In this document: positions 29,019-38,404 of the stretch, piece by piece
Position numbering within the stretch: the first letter of the stretch is position 1
Layout: the number at the start of each line of letters is the position of its first letter
NCBI GenBank assembly: GCA_965228735.1
Contig: OZ245838.1
Location: forward strand, 4,672,001-4,736,000
Origin: Planctomycetota bacterium
GTDB taxonomy: Bacteria > Planctomycetota > UBA1135 > UBA2386
Reading direction: 5' to 3'
Length of the DNA stretch: 64,000 nucleotides
Position numbers and translations under genes: made by a program
Notes under the pieces: generated by a model
Database searches by the model: none
What the model saw: only the letters and a program-made list of their open reading frames with translations
Told to the model about the DNA's origin: nothing

Positions 29019-30503
29019 ATGGTCAACCGTGTGAGTGGTGATCAGGACCACGATGGCTGTCGGATCTCGGGTCGCTACCTGGGCGCGATCCTGCTCGGTC
29101 TGGCCGGGGTTGCGGCCGTGCCCGGCCTGGTCGCCGTTGCGTGCGGCGACGCGAACCTCGCCGTTGCGTTCCTGACGACCGCGGCGCTCTACGGCGGCGT
29201 TGGTTGGCCGCTGCGCCGGATGTCTCGCCCGCCCGATCGCCGCGTCGGTTCGCTGCTGGCGACGATGGCGCTCGCGTGGCTCGTTGCGCCGTGCATCGGT
29301 GCCGTGCCGTTCGCCGCCCACTTCTTGGAGCTGGGCCGGCCGGCGGTCGTGATCGACAGCGCGTTCGAAGCGATGTCCGGGTTCACGAGCTGCGGGCTCA
29401 CGATCGTGGCGGCGCCCGCGGAATTGCCGGCCTGTCTCCAGCTTTGGCGGTCGCTGACGCAGTGGGTCGGCGGTCTCGGCATTGCTGCGCTCATGCTGAC
29501 GGCCATGCGTCCGAGCGAGGACGGGCGACCCATCGTTCGGGCCGAGATCGGCCGGGTATTCGCCGGCGGCGCGCGTGCGGCCGCCCGTTGGAGCTGGTCG
29601 ATCTACATTGGGTTGACGGTGCTCGCGATGGTCGGGTTCCTGCTCGTTGGTCGGCCGTGGTGGGAGTCCCTGAACCACGCGCTCACGACCGTCTCCACGG
29701 GCGGCTTCTCGGTGACCAACAGCAGCGTCGCCGAGGTCGGAATCGGAGCGCAAGTCGTCGCGGCGACTTTCATGTTCGCCGGCGCGCTGAGCTTTCAGTT
29801 CTACCACCGCGTGCTGACTGCGCGAGCCCTGCGCGCGCTGTGGGATCGTCGCGCCGTGGCGCTGTTGCCGCTCGCGGTCATGGCGACGCTGCTGGTGCTG
29901 GCGCTCGCCGACAGCGAGAGCGGGTCGCGCCCCGATGCGCCAACGGCAGCGTTCGAGTGCATCTCGGCGCTCGCGACCGGCGGCTTCTCGTCGACCGACC
30001 TGCGCGACTGGTCACCGGCGATGCTCGGCGTCCTCGCTCTGCTGATGTTCGTCGGTCCCATGTCCGGCTCCACGGGCGGAGGTGTCAAGATCGAGCGCGT
30101 CGGCCTCGTGCTCCGGGCCATCTGGTGGCGCGTCAGTCGCGCGTTCCTGCCCGACCGTCCGCGAATGCGCGTGGTCGAACGCGAGCGAATGCCCGAGGAC
30201 GCGGCGCGACTGCTCGCCGAATCCGCAGCGACTCTCATCGCGGTCTGGTTCGTCACCATCCTCGGCGCCGCGTTCGCCCTCACGATTTGCCTCGGCAACG
30301 ACGCCACCTTCGCCCAGGTCTGGTTCGAGGTCGTCTCGGCCCTGAGCAGCGTCGGCCTGTCGGCCGGCATCACCACTCCGGACGCACCGGCCGCGGCCAA
30401 GCTGCTGCTGCTCGGACTCATGTGGCTCGGCCGACTCGAGCTCTTCGCCGGCCTGTTCCTGCTCACGACGGTCCTTCGCGCGATCCCGAAACGAACGCGC
30501 TGA
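29019..30503 (+). CDS. trkH: Trk-family potassium uptake membrane protein
   Basis: FEAMSGFTSCG, LWRSLTQWVGGLG, STGGFS, GSTGGGVK, SSVGLS, MWLGRLE. Confidence 0.9.
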   Translation: MVNRVSGDQDHDGCRISGRYLGAILLGLAGVAAVPGLVAVACGDANLAVAFLTTAALYGGVGWPLRRMSRPPDRRVGSLLATMALAWLVAPCIGAVPFAAHFLELGRPAVVIDSAFEAMSGFTSCGLTIVAAPAELPACLQLWRSLTQWVGGLGIAALMLTAMRPSEDGRPIVRAEIGRVFAGGARAAARWSWSIYIGLTVLAMVGFLLVGRPWWESLNHALTTVSTGGFSVTNSSVAEVGIGAQVVAATFMFAGALSFQFYHRVLTARALRALWDRRAVALLPLAVMATLLVLALADSESGSRPDAPTAAFECISALATGGFSSTDLRDWSPAMLGVLALLMFVGPMSGSTGGGVKIERVGLVLRAIWWRVSRAFLPDRPRMRVVERERMPEDAARLLAESAATLIAVWFVTILGAAFALTICLGNDATFAQVWFEVVSALSSVGLSAGITTPDAPAAAKLLLLGLMWLGRLELFAGLFLLTTVLRAIPKRTR

Positions 30504-30568
30504 TCGCTGATCTGCTCGAATCTGGGTTGCCACGAGCGTGATCGTCCGATCCGATCGACGCCGACGAC

Positions 30569-30642
30569 GGGCCCTTAGCTCAATTGGTTAGAGCCGGTGT
30601 CTCATACACACTTGGTTGCAGGTTCGAGTCCTGCAGGGCCTA
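30569..30642 (+). tRNA. tRNA with CAT anticodon (likely Ile2, possibly elongator Met); CCA not encoded
   Basis: Acceptor GGGCCCT/AGGGCCT; D arm GCTC-AATTGGTTA-GAGC; anticodon arm GGTGT-CTCATAC-ACACT; T arm GCAGG-TTCGAGT-CCTGC. Confidence 0.93.
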
Positions 30643-30650
30643 TCACTCGC

Positions 30651-30689
30651 ACCCCTCGAATGTGGCCGTTAACGGCCGATTCGCGGGGG
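30651..30689 (+). other. Hairpin just downstream of the tRNA (possible terminator or att-associated structure)
   Basis: Perfect palindrome GGCCGTTAACGGCC (30664-30677) flanked by CGAAT/ATTCG and CCCC/GGGG. Confidence 0.55.
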
Positions 30690-30710
30690 TTCGGGGTCTG
30701 GGCGAGGGGC

Positions 30711-30775
30711 AGTGTGCAACAGAGTGTGCAACGGGCGTGTTCACAGCCTGGCACGACGTGGCACGATCTGGCACG
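30711..30775 (+). repeat. Short direct repeats, candidate integrase arm-type sites
   Basis: AGTGTGCAAC at 30711 and 30723; TGGCACG at 30749, 30759 and 30769 (10-bp period). Confidence 0.6.
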
Positions 30776-30878
30776 GGGTGGCGTTGGCGCTGCAGGGTGT
30801 GACCTGCAGCGCAAGGGGGGCCTGCGGAAGGCCTGTGTCGGGACATGTGCGGGCCGACCTGGGCCCGCGTCAGGCGGA

Positions 30879-33800
30879 TCAGCGGATGCGGATCCGTTCG
30901 ATGTTCGACTTGGCATACAGGCCGCTGGCGGCGAGCACTCCGCTCACGCAGTAGAGGTCGTAGGCCGGCAGGGGGCCGGGCGGGAGCGGGAACGAGAAGG
31001 TGCCGGCACCGCTGCCGTTCAATGGCCCCTGTGCGCCGAGCCCGATCGAGCTCTGCAGCCACGCCCCGTCGTTGGGCAGTAGGAAGAGGCCGAGGTTCTG
31101 CGGCCGCACGTCGGTGCCGGGGTGGATGCCTTCGCCTATGGCGATGAAGTGCCAGGCACCCGGGTGAGCCGGAGCATCGATCGCGAACGTCACGGTCTGA
31201 CTGCCGGTGTAGGTGTGCTGGGTGGCCGCGATCGTGACCTCACCGCGGTGCGGCTCGGACTCCAGCACCAGCTGGCGATAGGTCTTCTGCAGGTCAGAAC
31301 GGTTGCCCTCGTCGTCGACGACATCGATCGCGATGACGTCGTCGAGCGCCGGTGGAGTGCCGAGCTGGAACACCTTGGTGCCATTGCTGGTCGGCGAGTA
31401 CGGCGCCAAGGCGGCACCGTTCACGCTGACCGTCACCGTGTCGATGTTGTCGAACGCGTCCCAGTAGCCGACCTCGAGCGCGGTGCCGTTGAAGGTCGTC
31501 AGGTTCGCCGAGATGCCGATCTGATAACCATCACCGTTGAGGCCGCGACGCGGGTCGTTGATCCAACCACCGCTGCCGTCCGGGATGACGGCGTTGTGCG
31601 TGATACCAGCACCGCCGTCGATCCATTCGATGACCGTGCCGATCGCGGTGCGGTCCGAGATCATGGCGGTGGGGTGGACCTTGGTGCCTTGGTGGTGCGT
31701 CGTGATCCAGTATCGGCTGCCGGCGTTGGCATTCGGGTTGTACGCCTGCATGTATCGGGCGTTGGTTTCGCCATCGAGGCGGATGTCCTGGTCGGTGTTG
31801 ATCCCGGTGAAGTACCAGGTGAACGGGGACTTCGCCGCGCCGGCGCGGCGGTTGACGATGCGCTGACGGTTGAGCCAGGCCCAGACCGCAGCCTCCTTCT
31901 CCATGGTCACCAACACACCGTTGTACAACTCATCGCGTGGCCTGCTGAGGTTGAAGGCGCCAGTGCCGTCGTGCGGGTCGGGATAGTTCGTGTGAGCCGT
32001 GTCGTGACACGAGGCACAGTGGTCCAGCAGGAGCGGCCAGATGTCCTTCCTGAACTCCGGGACTCTGAGTGAGTCGTCCGAGTAGACGTTGAACGCCATC
32101 GCGCCGCTCGACGTCCGCTCCCACTTGCCGGTCTGGGTGACGGTGTCGAACGCCGAGCTCAGGGACGCGGCCGGGCCCGGCGTCGGGCTGACGTGTTGGT
32201 GACAGCCAGTGCAACGCTGCTCGATCTGGCCGGGGGCAAAGCTGTGGTGGTTGCGGTGCGCGGCCAGCACCGTGCCGTCGTTCGCGAGCAGCATGAACTT
32301 GACCGGGACATTGGCAGGCAGCAGGAAGTTGACCTTGCCCTCGTCGTCGGCCTTGACGTCCGAGAGATGGCGGTAGCGCTCGAAATGGTAGGGCGCTCCC
32401 CACTCCTGGCCGCCGACCCCGTCGTGATGGAGGTAGCCCCAGATCGGCGGGTTGTTCGCGGTCAGCGGCATCAGCGGGTCGTAGTCGTGCTGCGGATTCA
32501 TCAGCCGGCGCACCTTGGCGTCGGTGATGTAGATGCGAACACCCCAGACGTCGTCGTGAGTGACGCTGGCGAGGTCCTTGGTCAGGCTGGCGACGCGGGA
32601 GAACTCGTGGTGTGTGCCCGCCGTCGCGTTGTTCCGGTTCTCGGTGGTCGGGTCGTAGAAGTCGGCGGATGGCTGCTCGACGCGCCGACGGGCCAGCGAC
32701 CTGATGTCGGTGTCGTAGATGGGGCCGGCGATGACCTTTGCGACCGGCATGCCGTCGAGCTGTGGCGCGCCGGCAAACTCGGCGCGGGGGTGGAGCGGCT
32801 TGGCCTCGCGCAGGGAGTAGCCGAAGCGTTCACTGTCGGACAGGACGGGGCGCATCGCAAAGCAGTGCTTGCTGGGGTGCTCGAGTACGAGCTGGACCGG
32901 GTAGTTGGGAGGTGGCGACGCCGGCAGATAGCTGTTGGAGACTGCCGCGATGGGGGCGCTCATGTCGGTGACGACCACGAGCTTGGCATCGTAGGTCCCG
33001 GCGCCGTGCGAGCTCATCGGCGAGTAGGTGAGGAACAGCTGCACGTCGCTGCGCGAGGTCCCACAGCGGCCGCCTGCCGGATGAGCGAACTTGCCGATCG
33101 AGCCATCGGTGGGCAGCGGTGGGATGCTGCGTGGATGGGCACCGAGGTCTTCGAACTCGTCGACGTCGGTGAACATGTTGGCGACGGTCCCGCTGCCGGT
33201 CGAAAAGGCACCGACCTGATGAATGTCCGTTTGCCCATCGTCTTCGTTGAGCCCGGCGTCGCCGTAGCGGATGACGACGATGGTGCCGAACGACTCGTTG
33301 TTGCCGACGTAGTAGCGACTGATGGCGATCAGGCTCTCATCGGGATCGTCACCCCATGCCACGGTGGTGGCATTGTGGTCGGCGAAGTTGATCGGATCGG
33401 CGTAGCCGCTGATCGTCTGCCACTCGGCCTCGTCGGAGCGGAACTCGAAGATGCCCCACTGGTTGACACTCTCGGTGCTCGAGCGGTACGAGCCGCCGGC
33501 GCCGCGCGGCGTGGCGAACATCGAAGTCATGCTCGTGGTGCCGAAGTGTTGGATCTCGCGCTTGTCGAGCAACGAGAGCAGACCGTTCTCGTAGTGCAGG
33601 TCGGCCGCCAGCATGCCCTGGCCGTCGGTGCGGCGCTGGTTGGAGGCGTAGTAGAGCACCGGCCCGTGTTCCTCATCGACGACACAGGCGCCGGAGTTGG
33701 TCTCGTAGTGCAGGTTGATGCCGCCGACGCCCTGCCAGGCGACGCCGTTCAGGTAGGAGAACTGCGGCGCGAGCTCGCTGTTGAACGCGCGGTCGTAGAT

Positions 33801-34436
33801 GTCCTGGGCTACCGCCGATTGCTGCGTCATGGTGCCCACCGAATCGGTGAGACGGACGAGCGGCAGGGTGGGAACGCTGCTTGCATTGAAGGTCGTCGGC
33901 GAGTTGATCGCGTCGCTGATGTCCATGGCGAACAGGTCGCACGGCAGGCGGATGTCCCGCGTGGTCAGGTCGAGCGCGAAAGAGAAGATGACCCAGTAGC
34001 GGTCCTCATTACCGGCCGAGGCGTTCTCGTCTCGGAAGTGGTAGATCGCCGGCTCGTGCACCGAGCCCTTGCTCAGGTCTGACGAGGCCGGCAGATGGAG
34101 TCCGCTGGCGTAGGTGTTGCTCGTGAGCGGGAAGAGCAACACGGGCTGGCTGCGGTGCTGATCCATGAACCACAACTCACGACCGGGCGAGCCGAGGTCG
34201 AGTTCACCGCCGAGTGAGTCGTCCTGAGCGGCATCGGTGCCGAACCCCGAGAGGCTGTCGGACATGGTCACGAAAACGAACGGCGGGCAGTTCGGGTCTG
34301 CGAGGTAGGGACCGGGGACGAAGCCTTGCGCGAACGCGGTGCCGCCAGTCGCGAAGAGCGAGCAGGCGAGCGCGAGCGGCACGGCTACGGAGGGCGTCCT
34401 CCGGCGCGGGCGGGAGAACGAATGGCGAGACGTCAT
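30879..34436 (-). CDS. Large secreted HzsA-middle-domain-like protein with two CxxCH heme motifs
   Basis: Signal peptide; FLLPANVPVKFMLLANDG...FAPGQIEQRCTGCH and P.F.KDIWPLLLDHCASCH resemble hydrazine synthase alpha middle-domain homologs. Confidence 0.65.
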   Translation of the reverse strand: MTSRHSFSRPRRRTPSVAVPLALACSLFATGGTAFAQGFVPGPYLADPNCPPFVFVTMSDSLSGFGTDAAQDDSLGGELDLGSPGRELWFMDQHRSQPVLLFPLTSNTYASGLHLPASSDLSKGSVHEPAIYHFRDENASAGNEDRYWVIFSFALDLTTRDIRLPCDLFAMDISDAINSPTTFNASSVPTLPLVRLTDSVGTMTQQSAVAQDIYDRAFNSELAPQFSYLNGVAWQGVGGINLHYETNSGACVVDEEHGPVLYYASNQRRTDGQGMLAADLHYENGLLSLLDKREIQHFGTTSMTSMFATPRGAGGSYRSSTESVNQWGIFEFRSDEAEWQTISGYADPINFADHNATTVAWGDDPDESLIAISRYYVGNNESFGTIVVIRYGDAGLNEDDGQTDIHQVGAFSTGSGTVANMFTDVDEFEDLGAHPRSIPPLPTDGSIGKFAHPAGGRCGTSRSDVQLFLTYSPMSSHGAGTYDAKLVVVTDMSAPIAAVSNSYLPASPPPNYPVQLVLEHPSKHCFAMRPVLSDSERFGYSLREAKPLHPRAEFAGAPQLDGMPVAKVIAGPIYDTDIRSLARRRVEQPSADFYDPTTENRNNATAGTHHEFSRVASLTKDLASVTHDDVWGVRIYITDAKVRRLMNPQHDYDPLMPLTANNPPIWGYLHHDGVGGQEWGAPYHFERYRHLSDVKADDEGKVNFLLPANVPVKFMLLANDGTVLAAHRNHHSFAPGQIEQRCTGCHQHVSPTPGPAASLSSAFDTVTQTGKWERTSSGAMAFNVYSDDSLRVPEFRKDIWPLLLDHCASCHDTAHTNYPDPHDGTGAFNLSRPRDELYNGVLVTMEKEAAVWAWLNRQRIVNRRAGAAKSPFTWYFTGINTDQDIRLDGETNARYMQAYNPNANAGSRYWITTHHQGTKVHPTAMISDRTAIGTVIEWIDGGAGITHNAVIPDGSGGWINDPRRGLNGDGYQIGISANLTTFNGTALEVGYWDAFDNIDTVTVSVNGAALAPYSPTSNGTKVFQLGTPPALDDVIAIDVVDDEGNRSDLQKTYRQLVLESEPHRGEVTIAATQHTYTGSQTVTFAIDAPAHPGAWHFIAIGEGIHPGTDVRPQNLGLFLLPNDGAWLQSSIGLGAQGPLNGSGAGTFSFPLPPGPLPAYDLYCVSGVLAASGLYAKSNIERIRIR

Positions 34437-34830
34437 GACTGCTCCTTTTTCGATAGGGAAACCACATGGCAAGGCTCTGCCTCGAGGCGTCCTCGAGGTC
34501 AGTGCAGTCACTCCTGCCGTCGGCCCGCTCATGCGGTCTCTTTCCCCCGGCGGTCGCACCGTATCGCCGGAATCGATGTCAGCAACTCCCTCGTCCGGGG
34601 GGCGCCTCGCTCCGCCGATGTAAGTGCTGTCTTTCCATCGCGCACGTCGTGGCGCCCGATTGTCGTAGCTCGTGTTGCGCGAGAGGCGTGCGTCTTGGCA
34701 AGACTCCGGCATTAAGAAAGACACAAGAATCTGCTCAGGAGCGTGCGGACGCGCGGGGTAGGCATCTGCACCCGATCTCGGCGCGAGGGATGCCGCGCAA
34801 GGATTGGGCGACGAAGTCCTGCCGGCGGCC

Positions 34831-36373
34831 CGAGAGCGTCGTCGCCGTTCTTCGTGAACTGGCCTGCGAGTCGAGCGCCGACGCGCCGATGACCGACAGT
34901 GGCTATGCGGTCCCGATGGCGGTCGTCGAGGCGCCCGCGGCTGACTTGGCGAACATCTTCGGCACCGGAAACGTCCCCGGCACCTCCCGGAACAGATCGT
35001 CCTCGCCCAGCTCCCCGTAGAGGTCCATGGTCAGCCGGATGTCCGAGTGCCGCAGGATCTGCTGGATGATCTTCGGGTGGACGTTGAGCTCGATCAGGAT
35101 TCGCGCGCAGCTCTTGCGCAGCGCGTGGAAGTCGACGCGGCGGGTCGTCGCACTGCGCTGGGGCGTGAGGCCGGCGTAGGCCGCGTCCTTGCGCACGATC
35201 TCGGCGATCTTCGAGGGCACCCGGAACACCGGGTCCGTTTCGCGCGCCGGGCCAGCTAGACGCTCCATCTGTAGCTTGCTGCGGCGAGTCCGCATGTCGC
35301 GCAGGGCCGCCGCGACGAAGTCCTGCAAGGGCACGAGAGCGTCGTCGCCGTTCTTCGTGAACTGGCCTGCGAGTCGAGCGCCGACGCGCCGATGACCGAC
35401 AGTGGCTATGCGGTCCCGATGGCGGTCGTCGAGGCGCCCGCGGCTGACTTGGCGAACATCTTCGGCACCGGAAACGTCCCCGGCACCTCCCGGAACAGAT
35501 CGTCCTCGCCCAGCTCCCCGTAGAGGTCCATGGTCAGCCGGATGTCCGAGTGCCGCAGGATCTGCTGGATGATCTTCGGGTGGACGTTGAGCTCGATCAG
35601 GATTCGCGCGCAGCTCTTGCGCAGCGCGTGGAAGTCGACGCGGCGGGTCGTCGCACTGCGCTGGGGCGTGAGGCCGGCGTAGGCCGCGTCCTTGCGCACG
35701 ATCTCGGCGATCTTCGAGGGCACCCGGAACACCGGGTCCGTTTCGCGCGCCGGGCCAGCTAGACGCTCCATCTGTAGCTTGCTGCGGCGAGTCCGCATGT
35801 CGCGCAGGGCCGCCGCGACGAAGTCCTGCAAGGGCACGAGAGCGTCGTCGCCGTTCTTCGTGAACTGGCCTGCGAGTCGAGCGCCGACGCGCCGATGACC
35901 GACAGTGGCTATGCGGTCCCGATGGCGGTCGTCGAGGCGCCCGCGGCTGACTTGGCGAACATCTTCGGCACCGGAAACGTCCCCGGCACCTCCCGGAACA
36001 GATCGTCCTCGCCCAGCTCCCCGTAGAGGTCCATGGTCAGCCGGATGTCCGAGTGCCGCAGGATCTGCTGGATGATCTTCGGGTGGACGTTGAGCTCGAT
36101 CAGGATTCGCGCGCAGCTCTTGCGCAGCGCGTGGAAGTCGACGCGGCGGGTCGTCGCACTGCGCTGGGGCGTGAGGCCGGCGTAGGCCGCGTCCTTGCGC
36201 ACGATCTCGGCGATCTTCGAGGGCACCCGGAACACCGGGTCCGTTTCGCGCGCCGGGCCAGCTAGACGCTCCATCTGTAGCTTGCTGCGGCGAGTCCGCA
36301 TGTCGCGCAGGGCCGCCGCGACGAAGTCCTGCAAGGGCACGAGAGCGTCGTCGCCGTTCTTCGTGAACTGGCC
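34831..36373 (-). repeat. 503-bp tandem triplication of the integrase 3' end
   Basis: Identical units with stop codons at 34903, 35406 and 35909; bounded by the 34-bp repeat CGAGAGCGTCGTCGCCGTTCTTCGTGAACTGGCC at 34831, 35334, 35837 and 36340. Confidence 0.95.
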
Positions 36374-37162
36374 AGCCAGGCGCACGCAAGGCTTGTTGCC
36401 GGTGAGTGTCAGGTCCTCCCAGTGGATCGACGCGCACTCGTTGGCGCGGAAGCCGGTCGTCAGCGTGAACCAGTAGAGCACTTGCCGGTCACGGACCGCC
36501 TCGCCGCCGTCGTGCGTGGGCGTTCCGCCGAGCACGCGTTCTTCCTCGAACCGCGCCCAGGCCGCCTCGACCAGGTTCTCGGCTTCTTCGAAGCGAAAGC
36601 CGACGCGCCGGAAGACGCGGTGCTTGTCGCGCTTCGGCGTGCGCACGCGCAGGCGGTGGAAGGGGTCGCGGTCCCAGCGTCCCGTGCGCTCGAGCCACCG
36701 GCCGAAAGCGCGGAGTGCCCCGGCGTGATGGTCGCGCGTCTTCACGCTGCGCTTGCGGCGGATGGCCGCGAGGAAGCGCTCGACGTCAGGCAGCGCGATC
36801 GACGGGATCGTGGCCACCTTCGCGAACGACACGAACGCTCGGATCTGTCGAATCGACTCACGCACGTAGCGCGGGTGGCGGTCCTCGGCCTCGAGGTTCG
36901 CCTTGTAGTCGTCGACGAGCTTGCTGATCGGCATCGTGCGGAACTCGGCGTAGCGGTCGACCTCGCCGAGCTTGGCCTTCTCGACCTCGCGGAGCTTCTG
37001 CGCCAGAGCGTCGCGAGCGATGCGAAGGTCCTTCGTGCGGGCCGACTTGCGTCGCGTGACGCCGGATGCGTCCTTGTAGACGTAGCTCCAGTAGGGCGAA
37101 CCGGGGCGCTTGTAGGGATTCCCGCGCCAGGCGTTCTCGGGGCTCTTCTTCACCCGGGTCAC
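35909..37162 (-). CDS. Phage-type tyrosine integrase (about 417 aa)
   Basis: N-terminal arm-binding-like domain; TGFRANE (R), TKNG (K), FHALRKS (HxxR), LRHSDIRLTMDLY (H, Y). Confidence 0.92.
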   Translation of the reverse strand: MTRVKKSPENAWRGNPYKRPGSPYWSYVYKDASGVTRRKSARTKDLRIARDALAQKLREVEKAKLGEVDRYAEFRTMPISKLVDDYKANLEAEDRHPRYVRESIRQIRAFVSFAKVATIPSIALPDVERFLAAIRRKRSVKTRDHHAGALRAFGRWLERTGRWDRDPFHRLRVRTPKRDKHRVFRRVGFRFEEAENLVEAAWARFEEERVLGGTPTHDGGEAVRDRQVLYWFTLTTGFRANECASIHWEDLTLTGNKPCVRLAGQFTKNGDDALVPLQDFVAAALRDMRTRRSKLQMERLAGPARETDPVFRVPSKIAEIVRKDAAYAGLTPQRSATTRRVDFHALRKSCARILIELNVHPKIIQQILRHSDIRLTMDLYGELGEDDLFREVPGTFPVPKMFAKSAAGASTTAIGTA

Positions 37163-37404
37163 CGCGCGGCTCCTCCCTCGATGAACGCGATCACCTCGGC
37201 ACCGACGAGCAGTGTTCGGCCGCGGATGCGGCGACGCTTCGGGAAGCCAGAATCGGGGTCGGCCATCAACCTCCACACAGTTCGCATCGAAACGCCGAGG
37301 ACGGAAGCGGCTTCTGCGATGGTCCAGAGCAGTTTCGCGGGTGCGCCCGGAATGCTCGGGAACGCGGTTGATGCCGGGGGCGGAACATGGATGTCGTCGC
37401 TCAC
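37159..37404 (-). CDS. Excisionase/AlpA-like HTH protein
   Basis: LLWTIAEAASVLGVSMRTVWRL...FPK; GTGA overlaps with both neighbours. Confidence 0.8.
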   Translation of the reverse strand: MSDDIHVPPPASTAFPSIPGAPAKLLWTIAEAASVLGVSMRTVWRLMADPDSGFPKRRRIRGRTLLVGAEVIAFIEGGAAR

Positions 37405-37802
37405 AGCCCAGCCTCCTCGTTGACGCCGAGTGCGGCGAAGACTGCGTTCTCGATGGCTCGGCGGGCTGTGGCGTCGAGCGGGCGAATCAGCGGGTGCCGG
37501 CGACCGGACGAGTCCTTGCGGCAGGGGAAGCTCAACGACAATTTGCCGTGCTCGGTCCGGCGCAGTGTGACGCCGTCGACCAGCCACATCCCCCCGATCC
37601 CGAGTGTGATGAAGCCGAGCAGCCCACTCCTCACGTCGTCGTCGTTCCCTTTCGTGAAGCCGACCGAGTCTAGGTTGGCGACCGCTTTCGGTCGGGCTGT
37701 CCCCAACTGTCGTTTGGGATGAGTTCCTGTTCTTGTCGCTCGTCGGGTTTGCACCGTGGTCACCTCCGCAGTTGCGCTTGGATGGTCTGCAGAATGGCTC
37801 AT
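37401..37802 (-). CDS. SpoVG-like DNA-binding protein (start uncertain)
   Basis: GLLGFITL...LVDGVTLRR...LSLSFP.RKDSSG..H..IRPL....R.AIE.AV pattern. Confidence 0.65.
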   Translation of the reverse strand: MSHSADHPSATAEVTTVQTRRATRTGTHPKRQLGTARPKAVANLDSVGFTKGNDDDVRSGLLGFITLGIGGMWLVDGVTLRRTEHGKLSLSFPCRKDSSGRRHPLIRPLDATARRAIENAVFAALGVNEEAGL

Positions 37803-37818
37803 GGGGTGTGGCGCCGCA

Positions 37819-38035
37819 GTGGGGTTAGCGCCTTGATCAAACCGCAGGGACGGCCAGTCGGTGGGATTGCGAAATCCTATGAGGCGACCCGATCTCGGGG
37901 AGGAACACCGCTAACCCCACCCTTCGGGGCGGCGTGCCTGACAGGGGTGACAGGACAGCGGTTTCGCGGAGAAGCCGGGACACTAGGTGACGCCGGGGGG
38001 ATTGCCCGGACTCGGTTTCCTAGCCGCTAACCCCA
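37819..38035. promoter_or_regulatory. Divergent control region with three copies of a 12-bp box
   Basis: GTGGGGTTAGCG (37819-37830) is the inverted repeat of CGCTAACCCCAC (37909-37920); CCGCTAACCCCA occurs at 37908 and 38024; TGACAGG occurs twice near 37939-37955. Confidence 0.55.
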
Positions 38036-38071
38036 AGGCGCGTGGCCGCCCAAAGCGGGACGGTCGGGCTC

Positions 38072-38404
38072 ATGAACAAGCCCAGCACGAAGGGTTCGGC
38101 GAGTCGGCTCCTGGCCGACGGCAGTCAGTTGGAGCGGATCGTCGAGCTCGCCAAGAAGGCCGGGTTGCGGATCTGCAACAAGACGGCAGTTCGGTGGGCG
38201 ACCCAAGGACGCCACGGCATCAGGTTGCACTCGATCAAGATGCGAGGCTGCCGAATGTCGACGTGGCCTGCGTTCCTTGCTTGGCTCGATGCTGTGGAAG
38301 CGGCCGAGTGCGCTCGGGGGGGCAACGTGTCGGAAAGCCGGGCGAGCAACACAGTCATCCCCTTCGAAGGCGTTACACATCACGATGGGGGAGAGGAGCA
38401 GTGA
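38072..38404 (+). CDS. DUF1580-like HTH protein
   Basis: T..RW.T.G..GIRL.S.K..G.R.ST..AF..W pattern; GTGA overlap with the primase gene. Confidence 0.65.
   Translation: MNKPSTKGSASRLLADGSQLERIVELAKKAGLRICNKTAVRWATQGRHGIRLHSIKMRGCRMSTWPAFLAWLDAVEAAECARGGNVSESRASNTVIPFEGVTHHDGGEEQ

Noticed and set aside
30879..34436. Anammox capacity
   Set aside because: Only an HzsA-like domain; no hzsB, hzsC or hydrazine dehydrogenase in the window.
34903..35908. Two additional integrase genes
   Set aside because: They are only duplicated 3' fragments of the single integrase.
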